Notes under the pieces: model-generated
What the model was told of the DNA's origin: nothing
Database searches by the model: none
The model's input: only the letters and a program-made list of their open reading frames with translations
DNA from: Seison nebaliae
Lineage: Eukaryota
Length of the DNA stretch: 53,890 bases
Direction: 5' to 3'
NCBI GenBank assembly: GCA_023231475.1
Contig: JALJEE010002031.1
Span: 1-53,890 of the forward strand
Part shown: positions 22,938-40,529 of the stretch, piece after piece
How positions within the stretch are numbered: the stretch's first letter is position 1
Layout of the letters: every line of letters starts with the position of its first letter
Program-made: the position numbers and the translations under genes

Positions 22938-25923
22938 ATGTTTGTTAATCGAGCAAGTACAGGTAAAAAGAAATTTGTAAAATTTCATGTAATTTTACTG
23001 GATGATACGACGATCGATTTCGAATTGAAGAAACATCGAAAGGGAATTGAGTTGTTGAGGAATGTATGCGATTATGTGAATATAGCGGAGTATGAAGCTG
23101 ATTATTTTGGAATGACAGTTCTTGGCATTGATGAGATGAATGATTTCTGGATGAATATAGAGAAGTCGATGAATAAACAATTGAATGAGAAGAGGAATCT
23201 ACTGAAAATGTTGAATAACGAGAAATATATAGTAGAATTACGAATAAAATATTATCCGATCGAACCAGGATATTTGAAAGAAGATTTCACTCGATATCTC
23301 CTCACTCTCCAATTGCGACGAGATATTTTAAAAAAGAAATTGAATTGCTCCACTGTTACAAAAGCTTTACTCGCTTCTTATATCATCCAATCGGAATTAG
23401 GTGACTATTCTGAAATTTGTCATGAGCCAAATGGAGACGAATTACATTATCTGAGATCATTCCAATTCCAATCGATGGAAGACGATAAAGATGATGATTT
23501 TTTGAAAAAAGTATTAGAATTACATCAAATGCATGAAGGACAAATGCCAGCACAAGCTGATCTCAATTATTTGGATAACGTGAAAAAACTTCCTCTTTAT
23601 GGAACGACATTGTTCGATGCTTATGACGCAGAGAATCTTCCGATTTATATCGGTATTTCCGCTTACGGTATCAGTGTATTGCGGAAGAATGATTATTTAA
23701 AATTATCTCGATTTCCTTGGCCGAAAATCATGAAAATGAGTTATAAGAAACTTCTTTTCTTTCTCCATTTGAGACCGTCGGAATTTTGTGAAAGTGTAAA
23801 GATTCTTGGTTTCCGTTCTGTTCGACATTCGACTGCGAAACAATTATGGCTATTGGGATGTGAATATCATCATTTCTTTCGAATGAAAGAGAATGATATG
23901 CCATTAACAGTTGCCAATACAGCCTTCTCATCAATACGGAGTCATTTGAGTATTTCGAAACGTTTCCGTCATTCATCCAGATTTACACTCGCACAAATGA
24001 ATTCGTTACCAAGTAGTCGAATAGAACCAGATTTCATTCGAACATATTCCAAACAACAATTATCATCTTCGATGCATCGTATTAATATGAGTGATGAAGA
24101 TAATTGTCAACAACGATTATATCGAACTAAATCATTATCTCGACATCTCTTATCAAAAATGGAAGATGAGAATATGAATAATTTCATTTCGAATAATTCA
24201 TATGAGAATGAAAATGAAATGGAAAGAATGACCAATGAACATTCAGATATGAATCATCAATCTCAAACAATTTACAATCAAATTCATAATAATAGTAATT
24301 TCCCACAAGTTAATCGTCAATCACAAAACTTCAATCAACAACAACAACAAATGACTCAGAATTTCATTCAACAACAACAACAAGAACAAATTCAAATTCA
24401 AAACTTTAATAAACAAATACAATCTCAGAATTTAATACAACAACAATCACAAAATTCACTTCATCAACAATCATCAAATAATAATGATAATTCTCATTAT
24501 CATCAAATGGAAATATTGAATCACGTTCCTCAACATCATCAATCACAACAAAAAGATCTTCTAACTCAAATTCAAAAACAGCCATTATTCCAAAAGCAGA
24601 AATCAGAAGAAATAAATATTTCAAAAGGAGAATCGAAAATTTATGAAGATAAAGAAGAAACAACATCTGTCCAGATGACGATAAAAGACAATGAACATGA
24701 AATTGTGGAAGAATCAGGCGATATAATTCCAAACGATATTGTCGTCGATATGGTTCAAAATGAAAGAGATGAAATGAAAGTATCTTTACAAACGAAAATC
24801 ATCGAAGATAACATTATTGAAATGAAATTAAAGAATGAAATGGATGAATTAATAGAAATCAATATGAATTGTCCACAAAACTCCCAAATGAAACAACAAA
24901 ATAATCAAATGAATCAATCAAATGATACATTCCAATCATTTCAATCCTCCGTCAATAACGATGTGGAAAGTGAAGGAATTGATGAAGAAGATTCATTTCA
25001 TCATCAAATTCAACAGAATTTACTTTCACCTGTAATTCATAATGATGAAACTATGACTGTTGTTACTGAAACGAACGACACAATAGACGAACAATTAAAT
25101 TCGAATAAAGAACTGGATGAATTGAGTCATCACTCAAAACGGTCATCTTCCATCCATAATGGTCAGAATAACGATTCAAGTTGTGATGAAGATACAAATT
25201 TTGAAGAGAATTCTCCCATTTTAGAGAAAGCTCCAACACCTCCTCCTCGTCATGTTTTCTTTAATTACGAGAAGAATGATGATCAATCACCAATGATTGA
25301 TCTCAACAATTCTACAATCACAACGACCTCTCCCTCAATTGTCGATACATCTGATCATATTCGAACTATAACCACTGCGACAATATTTGACAATTATTTA
25401 ATGGAGGATTCGATGAAAGAGGAAGAACATATAAAAACAGATGAATCTCAAGAAGATAATAAATTGGAAGGATTAAATTCTAAATTCTCTTTGCGATTTA
25501 GTAAAGAACCATCATATTCTCCAGAATTAGAGAATGCAGCTTTAATAGCTGATATTGTTAGTTCTTTTCTTTCATTCCTTTATCAATTAATTCAAATTTC
25601 AGATGATGATTGAAGCAATACGAAAAGTTAGTAAATTGAACGATGAATTAATTGTAGAAGCGATTGATGTAAACAACGAGAATGAAGAGAATAAAGAAGA
25701 AGTGGTGGAGGAAGAAATCATTAAATCACACGATCAATTCAATTGTGAAATTGAAGAGAAAAATAAATTTCATGAATTTCAAGAGACTACAAAAGAAAAT
25801 TTCATTCAATCTAATTTTCTTTATTCTTCTTCTTCACTCGCAACAACCACGACAACAAATTGTATGGAGAAAACGACAAATTTATTGAAGTCGTTCCAAG
25901 TTGTAGACGAGGACGACGTCTGA
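22938..25923 (+). CDS. protein 4.1 / coracle-like FERM protein
   Basis: FERM motifs (VILLDDT, YFGM, KYYP, TRYLLTLQLRRDI, YIIQSELGDY, LPLYG, FPWPKIMKMSYK, EYHHFFR), Q/N-rich linker; intron 25557-25602 leads to a 4.1-CTD-like MIEAIRKVSKLNDELIVEAIDV. Confidence 0.88.
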
Positions 25924-26097
25924 ACAATTCTCTCAACTTCAAACTTCCATTCCATTTGCTAATGAGCTAATTATCTTTTAAAATAATCAATTTCCATTCC
26001 AATCATTTTGTTTTGCAATTTATGACAAATTCTTTATTTTTATAAAATAATTTTCTTTCCAATAAACATTTCTCATTCCATCAAACATCTGAACAAA

Positions 26098-27286
26098 ATG
26101 AATAAACCAGTCATAACTAATCAGCCGACAGGAAGACGAACAATTGCAACAAATGTCATCAGTCAGATCGGCACAACGAAGAAAGCGAATCGTGCCATGA
26201 AACGATGGCGAATAGGAGTACAAGATGTTGATGGAATGACAAAATTGGAGTCGATAAACTTCGTCAGAATTACTCAATTAATTAAATTTGACTGTATTCT
26301 TTTCAATAATTCTTCTTTCTAATTTATTTATTGTCAGTCAAATGTGTTCGTCAAAGGAATAGTTATGCTGTGAGAGACAGGTACGGTACAAATATTTATT
26401 ATGTGACGGAAGGTTCAATTTTGAGATGTAAGTTTAATTTATTTATTTGTAGCATCTACCAGTTGTATGAGACAATTTGCTGGTCCGCAACGTGCTCTAA
26501 ATTTAACTTTAATGAACGGTAATGGAGAGAAGATGTTGGAATTTCATCGATTTGGTTGTTGTCCTCAAACCATCAATACTTGCATTTGTCTCCCGTTCGG
26601 ATTGGAGAAGATGATGGTGAAAGATAAAAATAATAATTTAGTTCATTTTCTTCTTCAATTATCTCACTTATACATGCTTATAGATTGGATACATTCAACA
26701 AATTTGTACTTTTTGGAATATTGAATTAAGAATTTTTCGGAAAACTTCGTCGGAAGAGAACGAACAAGTGGAGGACGAGGAAGATGAGTTCAATTTTGAA
26801 AACGCCCGATATGAATCGTTAATCGAACAGATCGGAGATGATTTTTATGAGCATGTTTATTCGATTCGTGGTGGTGGATGTGGCTGTCTATGTCGATGTG
26901 CGACAGATATCGAAATTTATGTTAGACATTTTTATCAAAAATATTATTCATCTTTTTATTTATTTAATTGTTGTTTGATTGAATTATTCTTGAAAGATTT
27001 ATTCACCAACATATCAACAGTTGGTCGGTCTGATAGCGAAACATTGGAAACAATTCAATCCAGATATCGAATTTAATCAGGATCATGAAAATTTCGAGAT
27101 TGTCTGTTATTATTTTCTTTATTTCAGTTTATTCCGATATTCGATTTTCAGTTCCTATGAAGAGTAACAAAGAAGACAAAGCATTAATTTTGGGAGCGGC
27201 ATTCTTATTAGTTACAATTTTAATTTATAATATTTATTCTTTAATTGAAATTTTAACAGAATTTTATGATATTCGAAATGTCGTAA
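26098..27286 (+). CDS. phospholipid scramblase-family protein, 7 exons
   Basis: Spliced product has NSYAVRD, CMRQFAGPQRAL, Cys-rich GCGCLCRC, IAKHWK and ENFEIVFPMKSNKEDKALILGAAFLLNFMIFE, resembling the PLSCR C-terminus DNFGIQFP..KAVMIGACFLIDFMFFE. Confidence 0.85.
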
Positions 27287-27966
27287 TAGAATTTGATGGA
27301 AATTTTATTTCAATAAAAATTTTTCTTTAATAATTTCACAATTGACTCCAGATCATTGAGAGAGTAGGAGCGAAGGAATGTCTGTTTGATGATATTTGTA
27401 AAGTGGGAATGGAATTACGATTAGAAAAACGAATGATGTTTCTTTCGGAAATTGAATAAATATGATGGAAATAAATCGGATAGAATAAGAATAATATGAA
27501 GGAAAAATATAACGAGAAATCACAGAAGAAATAATAAAAAGAAGAATTTCATTCGTTCCATCATTCGGTTCATGTTACAGAACAGAAACTATTCTTCTAA
27601 TTCCATTTTACTTAGAAAAGAATTATCTTCTCCAGAAAACGCAATATAAAATTCTTTCACATCAAGAAAATTTCAATTCTATTTTTTTTTCTTCTTTTCA
27701 TATGAAATCGGAAAGGTACGATATTTAACAAAAAAAAAAGAAAAATATTTTCTCCCAAAGATAATTTCTCCAAATGGGAAAATATTCGAATATATTGAGA
27801 TTATTTTTATTGAGGATGTTCTCGTGAATTTGGTCGATGGAGATAATTTTGTTGAGAGAGTGAGAATGATATTGCTCATATAATGATTAGATAGATGTAT
27901 AATATATTCACTGTTCAAAAAAGGTTTTAATCGAAAAAAATAATAAAATATTTTTCATCAAACAAT

Positions 27967-29681
<1,715 letters not shown>

Positions 29682-32596
29682 CCTATTGTCATTGGTTCGT
29701 TTCTTTCTGGTGCAGTAATCGGAAGGGGAAGAAAGAAATGGATGAAGTATTCTCGATTTAACTTCATGTAAATAACAAAATTTCATTTTAGTTCACATTC
29801 TCCTCACATCCCATTGTCCTTTTGGAGGGAGAAAATTGTTTTGTCTTTATTCAAATCAAATTGATTTGTATCTCAATAAAACATAAAAAATTTCTTTTAC
29901 GTAATCGCCCCACATCCAACAACATCGATTGTGAATAAACAAATGTAAAACGATTTTCCCATTTCACAAAGAGGAAAAAGAAAAGACAAATTTGGAAAAC
30001 GAAAAAACATTTTCTTCAAATTATTCCCAAATCACTATCACTATCATCATCATCATCATCATCATTAATCGAATAACAATAGCACAAAATGGAAGGAAAG
30101 GAAAGGAATCATTCATGAAATTAAATAAATAAATAATCACTTCAATTAATAATTGGGAAATAATTTAGAGGAAATAAACTTCGATAAAAACCTCTTCGTA
30201 CCACCCATTAGCCACCTGACAACAGAATGCCAATGACTTTTTTTAAAATAGGAAGCTTCTCACTTTTCCTAATCCATCTATTTCAGTTATGTAATCGCTC
30301 TCTTCGCTTCCAGACGATTCGATCTCTCAACTCCACTAATTTGCTAGTGATGATGAGATTGACGTTATTGGCAGAAAGGAGAATTTCTTAATTAAAAAGA
30401 AAACGGAAAAATTATTATATTAAATTCATTTAAATAATGGAAACATACGAGATTTCCTTCAAATGGGAAAGAAGAATTAGTTGAATGAAAAATACAGAAG
30501 CAAAAGGAGATCGATCGATCAAGAAGAATGAAACGGAGGAATTGTAGAAATTTATCGATTTTTTTCCACATGGCAGAAATGAATTCTTTGAACAAAATTG
30601 GAGAAATTTGTTTAAAATAAATTTTTTTGAGTCTTCTCTTCTGTATTCATCTTCGTTATCATATTACAAAAAATACACTGATACAAAAGAGTAGAACCAA
30701 GTACATCTAATTGTCTCTTTGACATATACTCCTCCAGTCTTCCTCTTCCTGTCAACGTGGAGACAGGTGTATACGTCTCTCTTAGTTGTAAATGAGACTA
30801 TACGTTGGTATCATATGGAACTATATCTATTCTATCATTCTCATTCTTGTTGTTGTTATTATTCTTATTATTATTATTATTAAAGAAATGAACGTAAATT
30901 ATCAAAATAGCCATCAACACATGAACAGAAAGATAATTAAAATGAACAGCAAATAAAATACGTCCAATTATTATTTAGTCACATGCAATCCGATTTATCG
31001 GCAAAGAATAACAGGTCATCATCATCATCGCAGAATTCTTTAACAAAATTAAATGTGAAATTCTCTCGTTTAATTGTCCTTCAAACTGCCTTATCATTCA
31101 TTCTTTGATTACATAATTATTGCTCAAGGTGAACTGATGCTAAGTATGGAAAGGACAATTTTTACATTATTATAATTCATGAAACTTTCATTGTTATTAT
31201 TCCATTCGTTGTTGTGTTGATGATGGGTGCATATTGACTAAATGATATTTACATATGGGACAAGGGAAATGATTGATAAGAATTTTGTTATAATATTTAT
31301 TAGTCAACAACACTCTCACTTCCTTGTGCCTGTTGAGCATCTCTCTCACATCTACTCTCACAATGTTCTAACAATTACATTATTATTACTTGCTTATCAG
31401 TTGTGAATAGAGAAAACTTTCAAAAAGGAATACTATAAAAACTAATAAAGAATCATTTCCGCCATTTTTCACAATTTTCCTATCATCCAAATGTCATCGT
31501 GAAAAGAAAATAAGTGACTTGGATGAAATATGAAAACTATTCTCAATAACCAGTTCTTTTAGTTAGTTGTTCTAATAAAATAAGTAAATCCAACTGTGCA
31601 ATGCAGCAGTCATGGAAACAAAATTCTTTAAAAATTTCAAATTGAATTCTTCAAAAAAATCGTGTTTTCAACCCGAATTGGAAGGAAATGAGTAGAAGGG
31701 ACGAACCGAAAAATTATTAAAATTTATTTAATTTTTTCTCAATTCTCACACTATATGCCTCCAATGCTTCGCTTATGAACAGTACGTATAGGAGAATGTT
31801 TTAATTTTTTTATTTGCTAATCCACATGTCGTCAAAAAGAGTTGTCTTCAGAATTAAAAAAACACTTTAGTTTATTTGATGAATGTTCTCGCTCAACATT
31901 TATTAAAAGAGCATAAGTTATATTTTGGAACATTAAATTAAACGTACTTTTACTTAACTAGACATAAAATAACTTTAGGATTTTAAATTTTATAGACTCA
32001 GAATAAACTCGAGATGCTCGACACTTTGGTAATCTCTAGTTTAAGTCTCCATCCCTTAAAATTTTTCTGAATTTCCCCTTATTTGGTTAGGTATCATACT
32101 TAAAAAATAATATTTTCCAAAAAATCTCTTTTATGGACATTACATCATGGAGATATCATATTTCGTAAAGAAAAAACTCCTCACATCAGACGATAACAAG
32201 GAGAATAATTTGCTAACGACCCAACATCCAAAGGATGGAAATTATATCATGTAATATCGATTAATACAGAAAAAAATAATTTTCTAGAAGAATATTCCTT
32301 CGAAGAAGAATTGTTGAGAAGAGAAATATTGTGTATTAACAGAATGATAATTCAATAATGAATAAGATGGATGGATCGATATAATTATATCTGTATTATG
32401 TTTCGAAAATGTTCACAAATTGTCGAGTGTTTAGGAAGTAAAATTTTTAAAATTTCAAACCTTAATTTTTCTTTGAAAAAAATGAAGAAATTGATAAGTT
32501 TAAATTTTGGGCCTTAAAATAATTGATAAATTTTTTTTCTGATAAAATTTTTCCGTGTATTTTTCACAACATTTCATACACTGTGCTTTTGTCATA

Positions 32597-33046
32597 ATGC
32601 CAAAGTTATATTTGTACTTAAATTTGTAATGTTTCTTTCTAATGTCTAGTGGGACAGATATTACTGTGATTATTGTGACACTTATTTGACGCACGATTCC
32701 CCGTCGGTTCGGAAGACTCACAATCAAGGGAAGAATCATAAAGGAAATGTTCGTGAATATTATCAGAAATGGTTGGCGGATCAAGCACAACGATTAATTG
32801 ATCAAACTAGTTCGGTTTTTATTGGAATATGAATTGACCTAATTTTTCGGTTGAATAGTTCAAGATTTTGGTCGACAAGAGAAATTGGGTTTGAACAATC
32901 CTACATTTAACTCGTTTCCTACGACACAAACGGTACCGATGATGGGTGGAATGCCTATGCCACAGAATTCTGTTCCATATGGAACGATGCAGCCTCCGGC
33001 ATCGATGCAACAGCCGTCGGGTTTGCCGCCTCTGCCACCGCAATAA
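32597..33046 (+). CDS. SNRPC: U1 snRNP protein C, 3 exons (not in ORF track)
   Basis: ATG CCA AA | intron | A TAT TAC gives [41 protein letters not shown] (matrin-type zinc finger) and a Pro/Met-rich tail ending PPLPPQ*. Confidence 0.96.
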
Positions 33047-36000
33047 AATTTAAATAATCAAAATGGATGAAATCAAATGGAATTTCTTCCGCTTTTTTCT
33101 ATGGATAATTTTCCAAGAAATTTATCTTCTGAACGAAAATGTTAACTGAAGTGAAGATGAGATGTAAAATTGAAATTTCTTTTTTTTTTTTTGAATATTA
33201 AAATAAAAAGAATTTGTTTTTTTTTCATATTCAGTGAACGTTTCCAATCGAATGAACGAAATTGTATTTGAATTAGAATATTATTATCTTCTTTAAACAC
33301 AAGTTCGTCTCCCGTTGTCTTATCGGAGAGGAGGGAGAAAGGAATCGCTTCAAACTTTATCTTATCATTCTTCTCATTATTCTCCTTTTTCATTTTGAAG
33401 GTTAAGTTCATTTGTTTCCAATTCTTCCATATCTTCACGTATGTCTTCCTCTCATCGTGTAATGTCCACGACAGAGAAGACATGAAAAGTCTCTCCGTCC
33501 GTTTGGAGGCGGAGAGAAAACTTTTGACAAAAGGTAACGATCTTATGCAATTTCATTCAATAAATTTATTCCATTCTATCATTTCCTTCGAATCGAATGT
33601 TAATGAAAGTTTATTCATTTCCACTCATCCCAATTCGTATACTCGGAAAATTTAGATGACAATGATGATTCTTCATCAACATTATTGTTCATTTCATTAT
33701 CACCGACAATTTACTAGTTCATGATCATTCGAATCCATTTTTCGCACGTACATATCACTTGATGAACAATGGGTTGAGAATGAACACCACGAAAGAAAAA
33801 AAAGAGAGATAGATATGGTCGAGGAACGGGACGAAAGAGGTTCCTTTCTTCTATATTCTATTCTTTAGTTAACAATGAGAACTACTTCCATATCGACTTC
33901 TTAATGTTTCCGCTTGTTTCTCTCTCTCTATCTCTATTTTTTTGTGCCGTCAGTGTTCAGATGTGTCAAGTGGAGTTTTTTTCTTTAATTATCTGTTCTC
34001 GATAAACATCATCATCATCACCATCATCCTATTATCATTAGAATGTGGAATATAATCTATGCATCATTTATCTACATCATTGAATGCTCTGTCTCTTCCA
34101 GTCGATGGATTGTGCGAAAGACATTGACTGAATGAAAATGCTCTTTTGTTCTCCGAATTCTCCAATTCTCTGAAGTTATCGAATGAAAATTAATATCTTT
34201 ATTCCTCGTTAAGCAATATGTTATTGTAAGATCAGAAGGAGAATGGCATTTTTAGAATGAAATTAGAATAAAAAATTTTCAATGAGAATTTTCCTTCATG
34301 AAAATTATAATCAATCTAAATGTGTCTATTGGAACTCATGCATTCCATCATATTTCTTCCAATCCTTTCGTAATACTATATTAAATCCAATTAAATGTTC
34401 TACTAAATTTTCCTAATAAATTTTTATAAGTTTTCCATATCAACATCCGTCAGTTTGCAAGCATTTTGCCCCTCCTTCCATTCGTATCGATCGAACAATT
34501 ATAATTGAATGGATCGTATAAAAGTAAGAATAGAAAGTTGCGATGAAACAAAAGAGGAAAAGTAGTAGGGTAAGCATCATGTGCAGATGGTTGTTGTGGA
34601 AGCTGCAAATCCTCTGAGGTGTAAATAAGAAGGAAGAAATGCAAACTGCACCGGATACATTTGCAAAAAATTTATTTTATCGATCATTCTATTTCGTAAA
34701 GAAACTAACGAATTCTCATTTCATATGACGAATACAAGTAAAATTGAGGGAAATGATTATTCTCTAATTCTCTCCCAGTTACCTTGAATAGATGGGATTG
34801 AATGAATTATTCTAATTTGCAATTGAAATATTTTTCAATCTGATAATGAAATCAACAATTCTATTGATCTTTTTTTGTTGATTCTTCTTCCAATTCTCTC
34901 TCTCATTACTCTTTCATAATTCATACATTAGATTACGCTAACAAGAAAAATGTATTTAGAATTGAATGTTATTATAGATTTAATTTTATTATAGAATCGT
35001 TCGCAAAAAAACAGTTTCACTTTCAAGAAATTTTAATTGAGCATCAAAAGTTAATAGGAGAACTATGAATTTCTTTTGATAAACATTTCCTCAAATATTA
35101 TTAAGAGAATGCAACTCGAAGAGATCTGAAATTGAAGAAAGTTTATCTCGCAACTAATTGGCAAGATGGTCGGTTGAGTGAAATCGATTCGATAGGAAAA
35201 TCCTTGAAATAATTCATAACAGCCGTAGTCCTTGATATGGAGGCAAAAATGAAAATTTGTTTTCTTCATCATTTTGCCATTTCCTTCTTTATTCGATATT
35301 TAGTGAAATGGAATAGAATCGGGAGAAAAATCTTTTCAGGCATATCGTTTGCAGACATTATTATTATTTAATATCTTCGCAATTTTAGTAAAATTTTTAA
35401 ATTTATTGAAAGTTTCATTCAGAAATGAAATAATTGCTCAAATTATGCATGAAAATTATTTTGTAGAATAATTATTTATAGACAAAAGAAATCATCTGAA
35501 TGTTTTTTAGACACTTCATCTTCCTCCTTAACCATTTGTTTTGATTTATTCTAAATAATTTGTTTTCTCTGAAAAGTTCATAAAAAGTTTTTCTTTTAAA
35601 TTTAAACAAATAAAAATTGAAGGAAAATTGACATTCTCATGCCAATATGTTCATATGTGTATGAGAATAGGAATGTGTTGATGTGGAATAATTATGGAAG
35701 AAGAAAAATATGTAACATTAGATCGAAATTCCACATATATATTTCTTTCAATTTTTCTTGCAATCAATTCCTATGCAGATGTAACAGAAGAGAACAGTAT
35801 GGAACTTTATCAATCTTTCCTTTCCAGTTGGCAGCTGATGGCATAAATTGCCTTTTCCTTTCCAAAGAAGTCGAATGAACATCCATTGGGTTACGTATGG
35901 TGAATAATAATTTTCTACTATGTTGACATTCGGTATGTGTTAGGATGATTAGCAGGATGATGGTGAAAGACCGTATTTGAAACTAACAGTTAACATTGAA

Positions 36001-37640
36001 CCACTTCAAATGTTCAGTTTGTCTTTTCCACAATTCAGATGAAGAGACGCAAAATTCATTCAACGTTACTTGACATTTTAAGAGAGTTGACTATTTTCGA
36101 ATTCGTTATGTTTTTTTCCTTGAAAGATATGGAAGGTAAAAAAAATATGGAATTATTTATTATGAAATGAATAATGGAAGATGCGGGTGTTGGAAAATAT
36201 TCATGAAATTGAGAGTAGAAGAAAGAAAATATGAATTCCAAATAATATATTTATTTTAGGAGATATCCAGTTTCAAATATTTTTAATTGAATTCTATCTT
36301 CCATTCTATTTATCAAATGAAAATTTCACGATGTTCTTGGATTGGTAATAAGAAATTTCATTTAGTATGCTAAGATGACTGTGGGGATGGGTTGAGAAGT
36401 AAAGGGTTATCAATATTCTTCAGTTTAATTAGAATAACCTTTATTTCGAGCATGTTCTAACAGTGGAGATTGCATATCTGACCCATCTATCTCCATATTT
36501 ACATATTCATCTTTACTCTCTATGCTCTCCCCATTGACTGACTGGTGTTTCTATTCAACATAATTTTCCACTTGTCCTCCGTTTCATGCAATGTTTCCAA
36601 CGTAAGAGGAATTCTTATCAATCAAATGATTCGATTTACATCATTAATTATTGTTTAACTCTGTACGGGAAAATTTGAATGATGATAAACGATGTCTATT
36701 TTCCTGATATTTAATCGTATTTCACAGTTTCAAGTACGGATAATTTATTATCTTCTTAAAATCGTATTCTAATCGTATGTGTCATGGACAGACTGATTTT
36801 TGGGGACATAAAAAGCAAATAGTTATTTTCTTATTCTCCCCGAAAACTTCTCACTATTCGTTGTCGATTTTTTTCAGGAAAATAAAATTTAGACTGTTCT
36901 CTAACTAAAGTAAAAAAGAATGAATAAAATTCATTCGTTAATATATCATATTTTTGTTTTTTACATGACTGCTCTACTTATCCATGACTATGGTCTAATA
37001 TTAATTAAAGGATATTCATCGATCTTCAGAAGAGAATTCAACAAATAATTCTCTGTCTCCATTGTGAAGTAGATTCCATTATTGAAATGAGATTATTGCT
37101 TAATGACTATGTTTATTGGGAGAACGGAGGTGAATTATATGAAAACGAAAGAAAGTTAATTATAATAAATAAAGATTAGAATGAATACCATCTATTGTGT
37201 ACGGTAGTGTTGGTCAACAACAGAAGTTGCAAATGTTAAAGGAGAAAAATAAATAATGCGGTTGATGATGCGAATGATAAAAGGAAGTGATTTCTGGCAA
37301 TGAAAATGAATCTTTCCATATGTTAATTATTTGTCATCGTAAAATCGATTAGCAAACGGAAAAAAATTTTTATTAGTCATGTTTCGTATTATTACAAATA
37401 CTCTCTCGGTTGTTCCCGTTGAGAGGAAGAAAATATTTCTATTACGTTATACGTATATACATATATCGTATTATTGATTTCTTTCAAATTAAATTTCCTG
37501 TTGGTTACTAAATAATCGAGTATTTTCGAGAAAAGATAGAATTAATCAATACTTTCACCTTCACACCAGAGAAGTGGACACTCTGTAAACAACACTGTAA
37601 TAATGATCAATTTAGTCAATGAAGTGGAAATAATTCTTGA

Positions 37641-40529
37641 ATGAACATGGTACGGGAAACAGTACCGATATTGAAGCATCGTGATATTCATGACAATAAT
37701 GAGAGTGCCATTCTCACAAACCAAAAAGAGGGAGATGGAACGGAACGTTTGGGATCGATTCGACGCATTACATTTTCTGGAGATATCGTCAATTTAGGAT
37801 TCTCTTTGAAAGAATTTACGTCAAAATCTCTCCAAACACCATACATCATCGTCTCGTTCATTAGTCATGAAAGTGCAGCAGAAAAGTCGAATTTACGAAT
37901 CGGTGATCGAATTATTAGATTAAATGGACGAAATGTGACTCAATGTAATTTGCAGGAATTGGTCGAAGTTCATTCTCATTCTTTAGTAGATGAATGCATC
38001 GAATTTACCCAATAATCATCTCGTTTCAGGAAATACAAACAGTACAGAATGATGCCAATGCTAATAACTGGAATTTGGAGTTTGATGTCATGTCAACAAG
38101 TGCCGCCCATTTATACAGGTGGATCGATCGTTATGGGAAAGAAATATCTGCTCCAGATGATATGAGATATCGATCATCGTCCACGACAATTACACATCCA
38201 ACATCAAAAGATTATGATGTTAGAAAATTTATTTAATCTAAATTATCACAGATTTTCCCATTGTAAAACTTACAATTAATTGTATATTAAAAATTGTTTA
38301 ACTGAAAGTTTCTCATTCGACAGACATTTCTATATATCGATTGTATTTTATTTTATCAATAATACATTCTAATAATTAGTATATCCACTCGAATATTAGG
38401 TGATTATTAAGAAGAAACAATATCAAACCATTGGTCTGACGATCAGAGGTGGTCTCGAATATGGACTTGGAATTTACATCACTAGTGTATATCCGGATGG
38501 TGCTGCAGCGGAAGCTGGATTAAAAGTATGTATAATTATTTTAATTTTAATTGTGAGTGATAAATAAAATATAACTAATTCTATAAAAATCAGATTGGAG
38601 ATATGATATTGGAAGTGAATGGAATATCGTTCTTAAATATTCTACATTCAACTGCAGTGCAAATTTTGAGTAGTAATTCAATTCTCCCTCTCAAGATCAA
38701 AAGAGTTAATAAACTACCAACAGAAACAGTGAATATTATTCCAAAATATCTCGGTGAAATATTGGAACCCGCCAAACGACCGACTACCAATGAACCTCAA
38801 ATTCAAGATGAATCATATTTGACCGAAAGTAGAAAACGAAATAATTTCCATCGGTCAATCGACATGTCTCGTAAAAGTGAAAATGAGGGAAGCAAATATT
38901 CCAAATCTCTTCCAAGAATTTCCTTTAAACATTCTCCCAACGAGAATGATGTGCGGAATAACAGAAGGAAAGTGACGAAAAAGAATTCCTTCAAAAAATC
39001 GATGACTGAATCTTCATTCAATCGAGTATCGTCAAATAATCATCATTATATGCATCAATGGCGTCAATTTAATCCGGAAATTCTAGAAGAACTTCGTAAT
39101 GAAGTGCATCGTGTCATGAAAATGGATGAGATTGTTCAGTTGAATGACTTGTTGAATAATTTTGCAGTTCATAAAATGTCTCTGGAAGATTTTGCTGATC
39201 GTTTACCTCGTATTCTAAATAATGGAAATAAAGTTTTGATTAAAATTCAAGTTCATAATGTTCATAATAATTCGAATTAGGTAAATATTTATACCATAAT
39301 TGCCGATTTACTTTGTCCGGAAGAAAGACAAAAGTTTCAAGAATTAACTAATAAACATCAAAATCTGTTGATAACAGTTCCGAATGATAAATATTTTCGA
39401 AAATTATTAAATTTTGTTTTTTAGTCGTTAAATCGATCGATATCTCATTCAGAAGATATGATTCATGGAAGAACGAAGAGTTCCATTCAACCTGGATTCA
39501 ATCATTCCAAAAAAACATCCAAATCAACGAATTATCTTTCGAATGAATCTGATAATTCTCCGGTATCTGATAGAAATTCTAGAAATACATCCAAATCAAT
39601 GAATAATTTATTTGAAGTGAATTCGTTGACAGAGAAAAGACGAGAAGGAGAAGATACTCCATATAATATGATTGATGAGGGCAAATGTCTATATCATCAC
39701 CACCATCATCATGATCATCATTATCTTCCATTTTATTGTCACATATCGTCTTGTAATCATTGTAAGAAACTGATAAATATGCCTTTGTTGAAATCATCTA
39801 ATAGCAAATGTCCATTAACTGATATGAATTGTGATTATTTTAAAAATCATTATAAACCAAAATGTGTCAACGATTCATTTAATCGGAAGATTGAAGAAAG
39901 AATAAAGAAGTTCCACGAGAAATTAAATTATGGGAAGAGCGGGCCCGTCAATTGTTTGAAGAACAAGGATGGAATGAATGCATTGAAGAGTCTTATAAAA
40001 GATCTGGAGAATCTGCAAAATTCAATTGTTCAACCATTTCCATCAGATGATTATTTTAATTATTAATTCTCTTTTAGGTTATCGATAAAACGGATACTAA
40101 TAAATCAACTGATAAAGTTAATTTTAATTGAATGAGTTCAATATAAAATGTTCTTTCTAGAATTTTTCGGAGAAACCGAAACTTTATAAAATGACAGTTA
40201 ATAAAATTGTACCCACATTGGGACTGATTATCGAAGGAGGTGCTGATAGTCAAGATGTTCGTCTACCTCGTGTTGTGTCAGTATTGGTTAAATGAACATT
40301 TTCACAATTTGACGAATTTCATAATAATAATAATAATTTTATCGTTCCTTAATTTTAGCCAAACGGATCTGCTGCTTTAACCAGCGATTTACAAGCAGGT
40401 CACACGATTCATTCGGTGAATGGGACTGAATTGGAAGGATATGAACATCGTGATGCTTCTTATATTATAGCGGAAGCATTTAAGAATCCGGCAGTGAAAA
40501 AACTGGTATTTATAGTAAGTGAATCTTAA
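37641..40529 (+). CDS. whirlin/PDZD7-like multi-PDZ scaffold, ~9 exons; 5' end may extend upstream
   Basis: PDZ1 (LGFSL..LRIGDRIIRLNG), PDZ2 (IGLTIRGGLEYGLGIYIT..GLKIGDMILEVNG), HHD-like helical block, PDZ3 (LGLIIEGGADS..HRDASYIIAEAFK) like the whirlin C-terminus. Confidence 0.85.

Noticed and set aside
30721..30805. Short overlapping hairpins upstream of the NDR gene
   Set aside because: Stems are short and interrupted; no recognisable ncRNA family.
35612..35633. 21/22 match to the end of the 3728-3948 hairpin
   Set aside because: Too short and A-rich to distinguish from chance.
33100..37600. Short ORFs in the 4.5 kb before the whirlin-like gene
   Set aside because: Low-complexity F/I/K-rich translations with no domain; upstream whirlin exons are possible but unsupported.
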